A DNA stretch of 64,000 bases from positions 40,082-104,081 of the forward strand of contig NIVC01003325.1 in the NCBI GenBank assembly GCA_002269645.1, given 5' to 3'. This document shows, in pieces, positions 26,985-41,100 of this stretch (its first letter is position 1; the number at the start of each line of letters is the position of its first letter). Below the pieces are notes generated by a model. That model worked only from the letters and a program-made list of their open reading frames with translations, had not been told where the DNA came from and did not search any database. This DNA is from Macrostomum lignano. Taxonomy: Eukaryota. Both the position numbers and the translations under genes were made by a program.

Positions 26985-27620
26985 CAAGATAAATGTTGGT
27001 TTCTTAGAATCTGACTATACTAATGTCGGTTTCTTAGAAGCTGACCAAATTAATGTCAGTTTCTTAGAATCCGACTATAGTAATGTTGGTTTCTTAGAAT
27101 CTGACTAAATGAGTTTCTTAGAATCTGTAAAAGTGACAAATTTTGGTTTCTTAAAATCTAAATAAATGAATGTCGGTTTCTTAGAATCTGAATAAATGAA
27201 TGTCAGTTTTTTTAGAATCCGACTACACTAATGTTGGTTTCTTAGAATCTGACCAAATTAAAATCTGTTTCTTAGAATCTGACCAAATTAATGTCAGTAT
27301 CTTAGAATCTGACCAAATTAATGTCAGTTTCTTAGAATCTGACCAAATTAATGTCAGTTTCTTAGAATCTGACAAAATGAATGTCGGTTTCTTAGAATCT
27401 GACCAAATTAATGTCAGTTTCTTAGAATCTGACCAAATTAATGTCAGTTTCTTAGAATCTGACCAAATTAATGTCAGTTTCTTAGAATCTGACCAAATTA
27501 ATGTCAGTTTCTTAGAATCTGACCAAATTAATGTCAGTTTCTTAGAATCTGACCAAATTAATGTCAGTTTCTTAGAATCTGACCAAACGAATATCAATTT
27601 CTTTGAATCCGACTAGATAA
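26985..27620. repeat. 30-nt minisatellite (TTTCTTAGAATCTGACCAAATTAATGTCAG) downstream of the EFHD stop
   Basis: Perfect core 27300-27590 with degenerate flanks. Confidence 0.95.
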
Positions 27621-27689
27621 TTATCAGTTTAGAATTTGGACTTTTCCAAGTCAATAAAGGCAATTAAAGCTCACAGCTCACCCCTCGTG

Positions 27690-29501
27690 TCACGTGAACA
27701 TGGCTCTCGTATTCCGGAAGCTGTCTCTGCTTCTCTGCTTCTCCTCCTCCTCGGCCTGCCGCCGCAGCCGCTGCTCCCTCAGCTCGGCCTGCAGTTTGCC
27801 ATCAGCCGACTGGATGGCGATCTTGGACTCGAAGAAGTTCTTAGCCTCCATAACACCTACCTCTTCAACGTTGATCTCCGACACCTCAACGTAGCAGTCG
27901 TACCAGGCCATGAGCTCGCCAGAGTAGTCTAGCTGGCCGGCTCTGGCCTTGCGGAATATCGCCAGGAATTCGCGGAAATTAATGCGACTGTCGTGATCCT
28001 CATCGACCTGTCAATCAATCAAGGGATATTATTTTTTAAAAACACGCTTGATAAAAAGCCTGCCATGGGTCCAAAAATCAGGAAACTAAATTGGGTTAAA
28101 GGCTAAACAAAACTGCAATAAAGACATTTTATGAAATGTTGGGAAATACATTTTTGAAAAAAAGAACCAGACAGGAAGGAGGTGGAAAAGAGATTCGGGG
28201 GATTGAGAGGGAGGAGAAGGAGACAGGGAGAGGGAGAGACAGGGAGGAGAGGGAGAGACAGGGAGGAGAGGGAGACAGGGAGGAGAGGGAGAGACAGGGA
28301 GGAGAGGGAGAGACAGGGAGGAGAGGGAGAGACAGGGAGGAGAGGGAGAGACAGGAACGGGAGGGAGACAGGGAGGAGAGGGAGAGACAGGAACGGGAGG
28401 GAGACAGGGAGGAGAGGGAGAGACAGGAACGGGAGGGAGACAGGGAGGAGAGGGAGAGACAGGAACGGGAGGGAGACAGGGAGGAGAGGGAGAGACAGGA
28501 ACGGGAGGGAGACAGGGAGGAGAGGGAGAGACAGGAACGGGAGGGAGACAGGGACGGGAGGGAGACAGGAACGGGAGGGAGACAGGGAGGAGAGGGAGAG
28601 ACAGGAACGGGAGGGAGACAGGGACGGGAGGGAGACAGGAACGGGAGGGAGACAGGAACGGGAGGGAGACAGGAACGATACCATATACCGGTAGTTACGC
28701 GCACAAAATCCGCACCTCTTTAATCATCGACTTCAAACCCAGATGAGTCTGTGGCGCGCCCAGCTTCTCCATCATCAGTTTGAGATCGTTGAATCCGATG
28801 AAATTATCACCGTCGGCGTCGTACATAACGAAGGCTTCTTTGAGGCGATTGATGTCGCGATGGGAGAACTCGGGGAACTCCAGGCTGGGGTTGAATTTCC
28901 TTCTAGTAGCAGCCAGCTGCGGCGGCTTTTCCGGCAAGTCAGCGGGCGGCTCCGCGGCTGGCGCCGCTGCTGCTGGCGGTTCGGCGACGCCAGCTGAAGG
29001 ATTGGACGGAGGCGGCGGTGCTGGCGGCGGTGTCGAAGAAGCCGGAGGAGGCGGATTTCGTTTCTGCTGCTGAGGCGACGCGGCGATAAAGCTGAAGGAG
29101 GTCTCGGACACGTCGCTATCGGTGGACTCGGACTTCTCCAGCCTGGTGGCAAGTTTGGCTGCCAGCTGAGGGCACAGGCAGGGGCCGCAGCGAGCCAGCA
29201 GGAGCCGCTGACGTTCCCGACGCTCGCTCAACATGTCGTCGATGGCATTCGCGGCTGACTGATGCTCACACTGGGCTCCGGCTTCGCTGTCGGCTGCGAC
29301 TGCCCCGGCGGCTCCGGCATCTTCGCTGCCGGCATCGGAGAGTTGCAGACGGCGGGCGAGCTTCTCGGCCAGGTCCTGGTCCAGCTGCGGCTGCTGCAGC
29401 TGGGCGGAGATGCAGCTGGACGCGGCTGAGCTGCGGCGGCGCGTGAGCTGCTCCTGCTGCTCGGGCAGCTGTGACTGCGGCTGGGCCTCGTCAAAGGTCG
29501 T
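27690..29501 (-). CDS. EFHD2: EF-hand domain protein D1/D2 (swiprosin-1)-like; exons 29501-28716 and 28007-27690; start exon not found
   Basis: [46 protein letters not shown]|[40 protein letters not shown] plus a C-terminal coiled coil match EFHD1/2. Phase-0 GT-AG intron 28715-28008. The frame stays open back to a CGCAG acceptor at 29502. Confidence 0.9.
28215..28678. repeat. GGGAGAGACAGGAACGGGAG purine satellite in the EFHD intron
   Basis: Direct reading. Confidence 0.95.
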
Positions 29502-29529
29502 CTGCGAGTTATAGATATTAGCGTTTGAT

Positions 29530-30670
29530 TAGGCGTTGCTATGGGGATTTGTAGCCATATAAGGAAGCGTTGCTATAGGGATTCGTAGCCATGAGGATGC
29601 GTTGCTATGGGGATTTGTATCTATATGAGGATGCGTTGCTATGAGGATTAGCAGCCATATGAGGATGCGTTGCTATGGGGATTTGTAGCTATATGAGGAT
29701 GCGTTGCCATGGGGATTTGTAGCTATATGAGGAAGCGTTGCTATAGGAATTCATAGTCATATGAGGATGCGTTGCTATGGGGATTTGTAGCTATATGAAG
29801 ATTATTCGTTGATATGGGGATTTAAAGCTATATGAGGATGAGTTGGTATGGGAATTCGCAACTATATAAAAATTGCGTTGCTATGGGGATTTGTAGCTAT
29901 GAGGATGCGTTGCTATGGGGATTAGCAGCCATATGAGGATGCGTTGCTATGGGGATTAGCAGCTATATGAGGATGCGTTGCTATGGGGATTTGTAGCTAT
30001 ATGAGGATGCGTTGCTATGGGGATTCGTAGCCATATGAGGATGCGTTGCTATAGGAATTCATAGCCATATGAGGATGCGTTGATATGGGGATTTGTAGCT
30101 ATATGAGGATGCGTTGCTATGTGGATTTAAAGCTATATGAGGAAGCGTTGCTATGGGGATTAGCAGCTATATGAGGAAGCGTTGCTATGGGGATTAGCAG
30201 CTATATGAGGAAGCGTTGCTATGGGGATTAGCAGCTATATGAGGAAGCGTTGCTATGGGGATTCGTAGCCATATGAGGATGCGTTGCTATAGGAATTCAT
30301 AGCCATATGAGGATGCGTTGATATGGGGATTTGTAGCTATATGAGGAAGCGTTGCTATGGTGATTAGCAGCTATATGAGGAAGCGTTGCTATGGGGATTC
30401 GTAGCCATATGAGGATGCGTTGCTATAGGAATTCATAGCCATATGAGGATGCGTTGCTATGTGGATTTAAAGCTATATGAGGAAGCGTTGCTATGGGGAT
30501 TAGCAGCTATATGAGGATGCGTTGCTATGGGGATTAGCAGCTATATGAGGATGCGTTGCTATGGGGATTAGCAGCTATATGAGGAAGCGTTGCTATGGGG
30601 ATTAGCAGCTATATGAGGAAGCGTTGCTATGGGGATTAGCAGCTATACGAGGACGCGTTGCTACGAGGAT
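29530..30670. repeat. 34-nt minisatellite (ATATGAGGATGCGTTGCTATGGGGATTAGCAGCT)
   Basis: About 33 copies. Confidence 0.96.
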
Positions 30671-30961
30671 TTATAGCTAGAGACGAAAATATTTTGCTAT
30701 GGATATTTAATTCATTGAATACACAGCTAGATACAGAAGTGCTTCAGCTACGTAAAATTTGAATTTGGCATTGTTAATAAACGCAAATTTGTTATATTTT
30801 AAAATCGATGCAGCAACAGTATAAAATTGCAGGTGATTAAAACTGACTGCAGATTTCTTGTCATAAATTTATAAAGGGCAAACTGGATGACATTGTGCAA
30901 TCCTAAATACCAAAAATAATAACTGAAGTTACTCGTCAGTGCAACAAAGTGGCACTTAATG

Positions 30962-31525
30962 AGAGCGAATGCTGAATATTGAATGCAATTGAGAATTACC
31001 TATTTGAGCGAATGCTGAATATTGAATGCAATTGAGAATTACCTATTTGAGCGAATGCTGAATATTGAATGCAATTGAGAATTACCTATTTGAGCGAATG
31101 CTGAATATTGAATGCAATTGAGAATTACCTATTTGAGCGAATGCTGAATATTGAATGCAATTGAGAATTACCTATTTGAGCGAATGCTGAATATTGAATG
31201 CAATTGAGAATTACCTATTTGAGCGAATGCTGAATATTGAATGCAATTGAGAATTACCTATTTGAGCGAATGCTGAATATTGAATGCAATTGAGAATTAC
31301 CTATTTGAGCGAATGCTGAATATTGAATGCAATTGAGAATTACCTATTTGAGCGAATGCTGAATATTGAATGCAATTGAGAATTACCTATTTGAGCGAAT
31401 GCTGAATATTGAATGCAATTGAGAATTACCTATTTGAGCGAATGCTGAATATTGAATGCAATTGAGAATTACCTATTTGAGCGAATGCTGAATATTGAAT
31501 GCAATTGAGAATTACCTATTTGAGC
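30962..31525. repeat. Perfect 43-nt tandem repeat (~13 copies)
   Basis: GAGCGAATGCTGAATATTGAATGCAATTGAGAATTACCTATTT with no visible variants. Confidence 0.98.
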
Positions 31526-31639
31526 ATTCTAGAGAATTAAAAACGGAAGTTGGCTGCTGCAAATGCAACGAAAATGCGCCATCATCATGTTTGAAATAAA
31601 GTTGAAAAATACGCCTATGAATTGAATAGGAGAGGAACA

Positions 31640-32035
31640 GAGAAGAGGGCAGGTGCAGGGTGAGACGCGAGGGTGCAGGGTGAAAGAGAAGAGGAAGAGA
31701 GGAGAGGATTAAGCATATTAGAGAGGGCAAAATGAGATGGGAGGGTTACAGTTGAGGATGAGGAGAAAGACTGAAGGATGAAAGGGTAAGGAGTGAGAGG
31801 ATGAGAGAGAGTGGGAGGGTAAGAGGGTGAGAAGGTGAGAGGGTAAGAGGGTTAGAGGGTTAGAGGGTAGGAGGGCGAGAGGGTGTGAGGGTAAGAGGTT
31901 AAGAGGGTAAGAGAGTGGGAGGGTAAGAGGGTAGGAGGGTAAGAGGGTAAGAGGGTGGGAGGGTAAAAGGGTAAGAGGGTGGGAGGGTGAAAGGGTAAGA
32001 GGGTAAGAGGGAGGGTAAGAGGGGAGGGTAAGGAG
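31640..32035. repeat. Purine-rich (GAGGGTAA)n low-complexity tract downstream of DNMT1
   Basis: Direct reading. Confidence 0.9.
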
Positions 32036-32135
32036 CAAGAGGACAGTACAGCAAGTGGAGTCAGTAGCACAGACAAATCCAAAAGACGCGCAGAGCAGCA
32101 GCCGATATGTATCGAAGCAGCCGTGCTAGCACTAG

Positions 32136-35100
32136 CTAAGTAGGCGAATCCTGAACCGCAGCCGCCAGAGCCCGAACCAGCTGCACTCCCAGCGCCCTGG
32201 CCAGCGGAGGCGGCACCGCGTTGCCAATCTGACGATGCCTGGCAACCAGGTCGCCAGCGAATCTGTAAGCATCCGGGAAGCCCTGCGATCTGGCGCATTC
32301 CCGCACAGACACGACCCGGTTCTGGGTTGGGTGCACCACTCGGCCCTGCTTGCCCATGGGCTCGGGATTGGTCACTGTGGTGGAGAAGAAGCCTTCGACG
32401 TCCAGCCTGCCATACAGGCCGGCCCAGTGGTTGTGCCGGTCGCCGGTGTGCGGCAGGCACCAGGGGATCAGCGTGTTGAGCTGCTTGGCCTGGCTGTCGC
32501 ATTTGCCGGGCTTGATGGCGCACGGACAGACGCCTCGGTCGCCGTGCGTGTAGCGGAGGCGGCGGGCCAGGGAGCCGTCGCTGAGAGTGATCTGCGGGCA
32601 TGGGGAGGGCGATGTTTGAGCTAGGTTTGGGACTTCAGTGAGCGATTCTCAGTAAGCATCAGGGCGATTCTCAGTGAGCATCAGGGTGATTCTCAATGAA
32701 CATCAGGGCGATTCTCAGTGAGCATCAGGGCGATTCTCAGTGAGCATCAGGGCGATTCTCAGTGAGCATCAGGGTGATTCTCAGTAAGCATCAGGGCGAT
32801 TCTCAGTGAGCATCAGGGTGATTCTCAATGAACATCAGGGCGATTCTCAGTGAGCATCAGGGCGATTCTCAATGAACATCAGGGCGATTCTCAGTGAGCA
32901 TCAGGGCGATTCTCAGTGAGCATCAGGGCGATTCTCAGTGAGCATCAGGGTGATTCTCAGTAAGCATCAGGGCGATTCTCAGTGAGCATCAGGGTGATTC
33001 TCAATGAACATCAGGGCGATTCTCAGTGAGCATCAGGGTGATTCTCAGTGAGCATCAGGGTGATTCTCAATGAACATCAGGGCGATTCTCAGTGAGCATC
33101 AGGGCGATTCTCAGTGAGCATCAGGGCGATTCTTAGCAATTATCAGGGAGATTCTTAAGTAATTATCAGGGGATTCTTAGGCAATTATCAGGGAGATTCT
33201 TAGATAATTATCAGGGGATTATGAGACAGTTATGAGGTTGATTAATAGAAGAATCAAGACAGGAATTAAGCACAAATACAAACCTCTACATTGGGCAGGT
33301 CGCGCCAGTCAGCTCCGGGACAAGTGGGAATCAGGGCCAGCCTCGCTTCAACCAGCGGAGTCAGCTGCTTAGTCACATGATCAGTGAGCTTGTCTGAATT
33401 GTCCAGCCGACCGGCCCGCATAATCAGCTGATAATGAGTCTTCGGCTTCGACCCGTAGGGCGCCGGCTGGTCCAGTCGGGATGCGCCGCCGCTGTCGATC
33501 ACCGGCAGGTCGCTCAGCGCGTCACCAACTGTGATTGGTCGAAGCGGGCCGCTGAAGCAGCCGCTGGCAGGCGAGGTCGGTGGTTCGTATCGGCGATCGC
33601 CGACTAGAAGGGCGAGGCCGGCGCAGGCTTTGGGCGAGAACGAGTGAACGGCGATTGGGAATTGGGCGAATTGGCGACCCGGAGCGGCGGCCAGGATGAT
33701 GAGGCGGCGACGAGTCTGCGGCACCCCGAACTGGCCGGCTTGCAGGATGGCGGCGCCTGCGATCGAGCGGATTAGCGTTAGTGGCTAGGGAGCTGCAAGG
33801 CCGAACTCATCAGCACGCCAGGAGACAGGGGGGGAGACAGGGGATTGGGGAGACGGGGGATGGGGAGACAGAGGATGGGGAAACAGAGGATGGGGAGACA
33901 GAGGATTGGGGACACACAGGGGATGAGGGGGACAGGGGATGAGGGGGACAGGAGATGAGGGGGACAGAAGATGAGGGGGGAGACGGGATGAGAGGGAGAC
34001 AGGGGGAGAGGGAGACAGAGGGAGAGGGAGAAAGGGGGAGATGGAGAAAGGGGAGAGAAAGACAGGGTGAGAGGGAGACAGGGGATGAGGGGGACAGGGG
34101 ATGAGATGAAACAGGGGATGAGATGAGACAGGGGATGAGGGGGACAGGGGATGAGATGAGACAGGGGATGAGATGAGACAGGGGATGAGGGGGACAGGGG
34201 ATGAGATGAGACAGGGGATGAGGGGGGCAGGGGATGAGAGGGGAGACGGGATGATAGGGAGACAGGGGGAGAGGGAGACAGGGGGAGAGGGAGACAGGGG
34301 GAGAGGGAGAAAGGGGGAGATGGAGAAAGGGGGAGAGAAAGACAGGGTGAGAGGGAGACAGGGGATGAGGGGGACAGGGGATGAGATGAAACAGGGGATG
34401 AGATGAGACAGGGGATGAGGGGGACAGGGGATGAGATGAGACAGGGGATGAGATGAGACAGGGGATGAGGGGACAGGGGATGAGATGAGACAGGGGATGA
34501 GGGGGCAGGGGATGAGAGGGGAGACGGGATGATAGGGAGACAGGGGGAGAGGGAGACAGGGGGAGAGGGAGAAAGGGGGAGATGGAGAAAAGGGGAGAGG
34601 GAGACAGGGGGGGGGAGGGAGACAGGGAAGAGGGAGACAGGGAAGAGGGAGACAGGGGATGAGGGGGACAGGGGATGAGATGAGACAGGGGATGAGGGGG
34701 CAGGGGATGAGGGGGGAGACGGGATGATAGGGAGACAGGGGGAGAGGGAGACAGGGGGAGAGGGAGACAGGGGGAGAGGGAGAAAGGGGGAGATGGAGAA
34801 AGGGGGAGAGGGAGACAGGGGGAGAGGGAGACAGGGAAGAGGGAGACAGGGAAGAGGGAGACAGGGGATGAGGGGGACAGGGGATGAGGGGGGAGACGGG
34901 ATGAGAGGGAGACAGGGTGAGAGGGAGACGGGGGAAGAAGAGAGGGGAAGAGGGAAAGAGGAGAGACTGAAATGAAGTAAGAATCGGGGAGATGAGAAAA
35001 GCAGTTGCACAAGATGGACACAGCGGGTTAGCTATAATACGAGACATGCATGTAGGACTTAGCCAACTCGAGTGTGAGCAAAAAAACTAAAAGACTCTCA

Positions 35101-38100
35101 ACTCGATGTGAAGGAGCCCCTTGCAGACTGAAATCTCTTTACAGCTGCAATCTGTTCTAGCTGCCATCGTTACAGTCAAGCTAGGGATGCCAGTATGGCT
35201 TCCAATTCGTTAATACGAAATGCGAAGGCATGGCCAGAGCTGACTAATGCTTGATGAGCAGCCTGGATGGCATCTTGGAGATAGACACAAGATAGACAGG
35301 GTGAGATAAGACACGAGACAGGGTAAGATTAGACACGAGAGAGACAGGGTGAGATTAGACACGAGATGGACAGGGTGAGATAAGGCACGAGACAGGGTGA
35401 GATTAGACACGTGAGAGGCAGTCACAGGGTGAGATTAGACACGTGAGAGGCAGTCACAGGGTGAGATTAGACACGAGAGAGACAGGGTGAGATTAGACAC
35501 GAGATAGACAGGGTGAGATAAGACACGAGAGACAGGGTGAGATAAAACACAAAGCTACGGCAGACAGGGTGAGATAAGACACTAAGCTACGGAAGACAGG
35601 GTGAGATAAGACACTAAGCTACGGGAGACAGGGTGAGATAAGACACCAAGCTACGGCAGACAGGGTGAGATTAGACACGAGAGAGACAGGGTGAGATTAG
35701 ACACGAGATAGACAGGGTGAGATAAGACACGAGAGACAGGGTGAGATAAAACACCAAGCTACGGCAGACAGGGTGAGATAAGACACCACGCTACGGGAGA
35801 CAGGGTGAGATAGAACACCACGCTACGGGAGACAGGGTGAGATAGAACACCAAGCTACGGGAGACAGGGTGAGATAAGACACCAAGCTACGGCAGACACG
35901 GTGAGATTAGACACGAGAGAGACAGGGTGAGATTAGACACGAGATAGACAGGGTGAGATAAGACACGAGACAGGGTGAGATAAAACACTAAGCTACGGCA
36001 GACAGGGTGAGATAAGACACCACGCTACGGGAGACAGGGTGAGATTAGACACGAGATAGACAGGGTGAGATAAGACACCACGCTACGGGAGACAGGGTGA
36101 GATTAGACACGAGATAGACAGGGTGAGATAAGGCACGAGATAGACAGGGTGAGATAAGACACGAGAGACAGGGTGAGATAAAACACTAAGCTACGGCAGA
36201 CAGGGTGAGATAAGACACTAAGCTACGGGAGACAGGGTGAGATAAGACACTAAGCTACGGGAGACAGGGTGAGATAAGAAACCAAGCTACGGCAGACAGG
36301 GTGAGATAAGACACCACGCTACGGGAGACAGGGTGAGATTAGACACGAGATAGACAGGGTGAGATAAGACACCACGCTACGGGAGACAGGGTGAGATAAG
36401 GCACGAGATAGACAGGGTGAGATAAGACACGAGAGACAGGGTGAGATAAAACACTAAGCTACGGCAGACAGGGTGAGATAAGACACTAAGCTACGGGAGA
36501 CAGGGTGAGATAAGACACTAAGACACGAGAGACAGGGTGAGATAAGACACTAAGACACGAGAGACAGGGTGAGATAAGACACTAAGACACGAGAGACAGG
36601 GTGAGATAAAACACTAAGCTACGGCAGACAGGGTGAGATAAGACACTAAGCTACGGCAGACAGGGTGAGATAAGACACTAAGCTACGGCAGACAGGGTGA
36701 GATAAGACACTAAGCTACGGCAGACAGGGTGAGATAAGATACTAAGCTACGGCAGACAGGGTGAGATAAGACACTAAGCTACGGGAGACAGGGTGAGATA
36801 AGACACCACGCTACGGGAGACAGGGTGAGATAAGACACTAAGCTACGGCAGACAGGGTGAGATAAGACACTAAGCTACGGCAGACAGGGTGAGATAAGAT
36901 ACTAAGCTACGGCAGACAGGGTGAGATAAGACACTAAGCTACGGGAGACAGGGTGAGATAAGACACCACGCTACGGGAGACAGGGTGAGATAGAACACTA
37001 AGCTACGGCAGACAGGGTGAGATAAGACACTAAGCTACGGAAGACAGGGTGAGATAAGACACCACGCTACGGGAGACAGGGTGAGATAAGACACCACGCT
37101 ACGGGAGACAGGGTGAGATAGAACACTAAGCTACGGCAGACAGGGTGAGATAAGACACTAAGCTACGGAAGACAGGGTGAGATAAGACACTAAGCTACGG
37201 CAGACAGGGTGAGATAAGACACGGCAGACAGGGTGAGATAAGACACGGCAGACAGGATGAGATAAGACACGGCAAACAGGGAGAGATTATGAACATACAA
37301 AGCTCACTCACCCAGCTGATACCCCATGGCCAGCAGACATCGCATGGTGAGCTGCAGCACGCAGGACTTATTATAAGCGGCAAAATTGCGCACATTCTCC
37401 AGCAGGAAATAGTCGGGCCTGTAGAAATCGGCGTAGCTCAGAAACGAGGCCACTAGAGAATTTTTCAACTTGCTGGCCTCCCGGGCGCTGAACCGGTTCA
37501 TGCCGCTGTAGCCCTGACAGGGCGGGCCGCCGCACAGCAGCTGCACTTGGCCGCGCTGGGGAATCGGCAGCCGGCGACTGTCCGGGGTCTCGGACACGCC
37601 GTCCATGGCCAGACGGAGCAGCCGGTTGCAGTCGTCGGTGAGGACGGCGCAGTCAGGATGGTTCAACGCGAACGCTTTGGCAGCGTCCGGGTCGCGCTCG
37701 ATGGCCCAGTGGGTGACGGCGGCTCCGGCTTGGTGCAAACCCTCGGAGAGGCCGCCGCAGCCGGAGAACACGTCTAGGCAGCGAAGCGGCTTCACCTGGG
37801 CGATTGGGAGAGGAGTTGAGGCAAATTTTGACTCAGAGACTATCTGACAATAAGGTCTGACTCATCATAAATCACCTGACAATAAGGTCTGACTCATCAT
37901 AAATCATCTGACAATAAGGTCTGACTCATCATAGATTATCTGACAATAAGGTCTGACTCATCATAGATTATCTGACAATAAGGTCTGACTCATCATAGAT
38001 TATCTGACAATAAGGTCTGACTCATCATAGATTATCTGACAATAAGGTCTGACTCATCATAGATTATCTGACAATAAGGTCTGACTCATAGATCATCTGA

Positions 38101-41100
38101 CAATAAGGTCTGACTCATCATAGATTATCTGACAATAAGGTCTGACTCTTAGATCGACTGACAATAACGTCTGACTCTTAGATTATCTGACAGTAAGATC
38201 TGACTGTTAGCTAACCTGAGCCAGTTGAGCAGCTTCATCCCGCATAGCCTGCAGATCTACAGACTCCTGCTCAACGCAGACAGACTCCATCTGCCCAGTG
38301 TCAGCATCAAACTGAATATCGTAGTAGAAGCGGTCTGGACCAGACAGAAAGAACTGCTCCGGCGAGGTGTACAATCCTTCCAATTCGTCCGCGTGAACAA
38401 CCGTACAGAGGCCTCTGACGCGCTCGGAGACAACTACGGAGCATTCCTCGTCGCTGCAGTACAGAAGGTGCAGCGGCCGGAGCCGGTCAGAGTCCAAGGT
38501 GGCGACCGCGTCCTCGGGTCTGTAGAACATCTTCAACCGAATTCGCAAGGGGAACGACGGGCCTCGCTTGAATATTTCAACAATTCGTCCGATCTGAAAG
38601 CGGGAACGCGAAGGGATTGGTGAATGTGAGATTGGTGAATGCAAGCAGATTGGTGAATGTGGAGAGAATAGTGAATGCAAGCAGATTGGTGAATGTGGAG
38701 AGAATAGTGAATGCAAGCAGATTGGTGAATGTGGAGAGAATAGTGAATGCAAGCAGATTGGTGAATGTGGAGAGAATAGTGAATGCAAGCAGATTGGTGA
38801 ATGTGGAGAGAATAGTGAATGCAAGCAGATTGGTGAATGTGAAGAGATTAGTGAATGTGAGATTGGTGAATGTGAGATTGGTGAATGTGATTGGTGAATG
38901 TGAGTTTATTGAATATGAGATTGGTGAATGTAAGATTAGTGAATGTGAGGAGATTGATTAATGTGAGGAGATTAGTGAATGTGAGGAGATTGGTGAATGT
39001 GAGGAGATTGGTGAATGCGAGGAGATTGTTGAATGTAAGGAGATTAGTGAATGTGAGGAGATTAGTAAATGTGAGATTAGTGAATGTGAGGAGATTGGTG
39101 AATGTGAGGAGATTGGTGAATGCGAGGAGATTGTTGAATGTAAGGAGATTAGTGAATGTGAGGAGATTAGTAAATGTGAGATTAGTGAATGTGAGGAGAT
39201 TGGTGAATGTGAGGAGATTGGTGAATGCGAGGAGATTGTTGAATGTAAGGAGATTAGTGAATGTGAGGAGATTAGTAAATGTGAGGAGATTAGTGAATGT
39301 GAGGAGATTGGTGAATGTGAGGAGATTGGTGAATGCGAGGAGATTGGTGAATGCGAGGAGATTGTTGAATGTAAGGAGATTAGTGAATGTAAGGAGATTA
39401 GTGAATGTGAGGAGATTAGTAAATGTGAGGAGATTAGTGAATGTGAGGAGATTGGTGAATGCGAGGAGATTGTTGAATGTAAGGAGATTAGTGAATGTGA
39501 GGAGATTAGTAAATGTGAGGAGATTAGTGAATCTGATATTGGTGAATGTGAAGAGATTGATTATTGTGAAGAAATTACAAGTATTGAATGTGAGGATATT
39601 GGTGATTGTGAAGAAATCAGTGATCACGAAGACAGTGGTTAATGCCAAAGAGAAGACAAAACAGATCACCTGATAAGGCGCCGGAGTAGACTCATTGGAT
39701 CCTTTCACGTAGGCAGTCTTGCGATACCGCTCAGTGTACACGGAGTCGGGATAAGGCGAATCCTTATCTGCCTTAGCCGGCTGCTGCTGCTGCTGCTGTG
39801 AAGTCCGCCTGGTTGATTCATTTGCAAATTTATGCGAGCCAGGCTCCAGGTAGCAACAGCCTAGCAACTTGTAGACCTGGCCTCGCCAGCGGAAGGCCGA
39901 GTAGCGCTGCTTGTTGGCACCTGCTGTTGAAGCGGCCGAAGCTGCAGCTGTCAGAGCTCGGCAGGGTCTGGGGACGGCCTCCAGACAGGAGCGCCGCCTC
40001 GCTGAACAGGTTGAGCAATCTCTGTAGCTGTCCTCGTCATCTTGGTTGCCATCTGCATCGGCATCTGGATCGACCGGCTCCTCCTCGGCTTGGTCGTTTG
40101 GCGGGTCAATGAAGAATCCTTTATCCGGCAGGTAGACTTTCTGGTAGAACAGACGGCCTGCGGATGCGTTCGCCTCCATCTCGGCTGCGCTCGCCGTCAC
40201 TAGGCGGTCACCTGAGATTCCAGGTGTGTTTTAATGTGTCAATCATCAACTGGGTTTGTCAATCATCAACTGGGTTTGTCAATCATCAACTGGGTTTGTC
40301 AATCATCAACTGGGTTTGTCAATCATCAACTGGGTTTGTCAATCATCAACTGGGTTTGTCAATCATCAACTGGGTTTGTCAATCATCAACTGGGTTTGTC
40401 AATCATCAACTGGGTTTGTCAATCATCAACTGGGTTTGTCAATCATCAACTGGGTTTGTCAATCATCAACCGGATGTATCAATCATCAACCGGATGTATC
40501 AATCATCAACCGGATGTATCAATCATCAACCGGATGTATTAATCATCAACCGGATGTATCAATCATCAACCGGATGTATCAGTTATCAACCGGACGTATC
40601 AATCATCAACTGGATGTATCAGTCATCAACCGGATGTATCAATCATCAACCGGATGTATCAATCATCAACCGGATGTATCAATCATCAACCGGATGTATC
40701 AATCATCAACCGGATGTATCAATCATCAACCGGATGTATTAATCATCAACCGGATGTATCAATCATCAACCGGATGTATCAGTTATCAACCGGACGTATC
40801 AATCATCAACTGGATGTATCAGTCATCAACCGGATGTATCAATCATCAACCGGATGTATCAATCATCAACCGGATGTATCAATCATCAACCGGATGTATC
40901 AGTCATCAACAGGATGTATCAATCATCAACCGGACGTATCAATCATCAACCAGATGTATCAATCCTGCACGATATCAATTATGGAGGATATGTCGATTAT
41001 CAACTAAACGCGTCATCATCAAGGACAGGTGCATCCAGCCATCAAACATGGTCACAGACTGTCTCCAGCAGCAACCACGCCACCCCCTCACCTGCAGATC

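Noticed and set aside
27200-27616. Decapeptide-repeat ORF (SDQINVSFLE), resembling a beta-solenoid
   Set aside because: 30-nt array antisense to and downstream of EFHD; degenerate flanking copies contain stops.
30962-31525. CRISPR-like regular repeats (also 6822-7045 and 44350-45300)
   Set aside because: No unique spacers between repeats, no cas genes, eukaryotic context.
35030-35280. Unique island inside DNMT1 intron 6 as an extra exon
   Set aside because: Flanking exons already join in frame ([15 protein letters not shown]) matching the DNMT1 consensus; the island has no clean ORF or splice pair.
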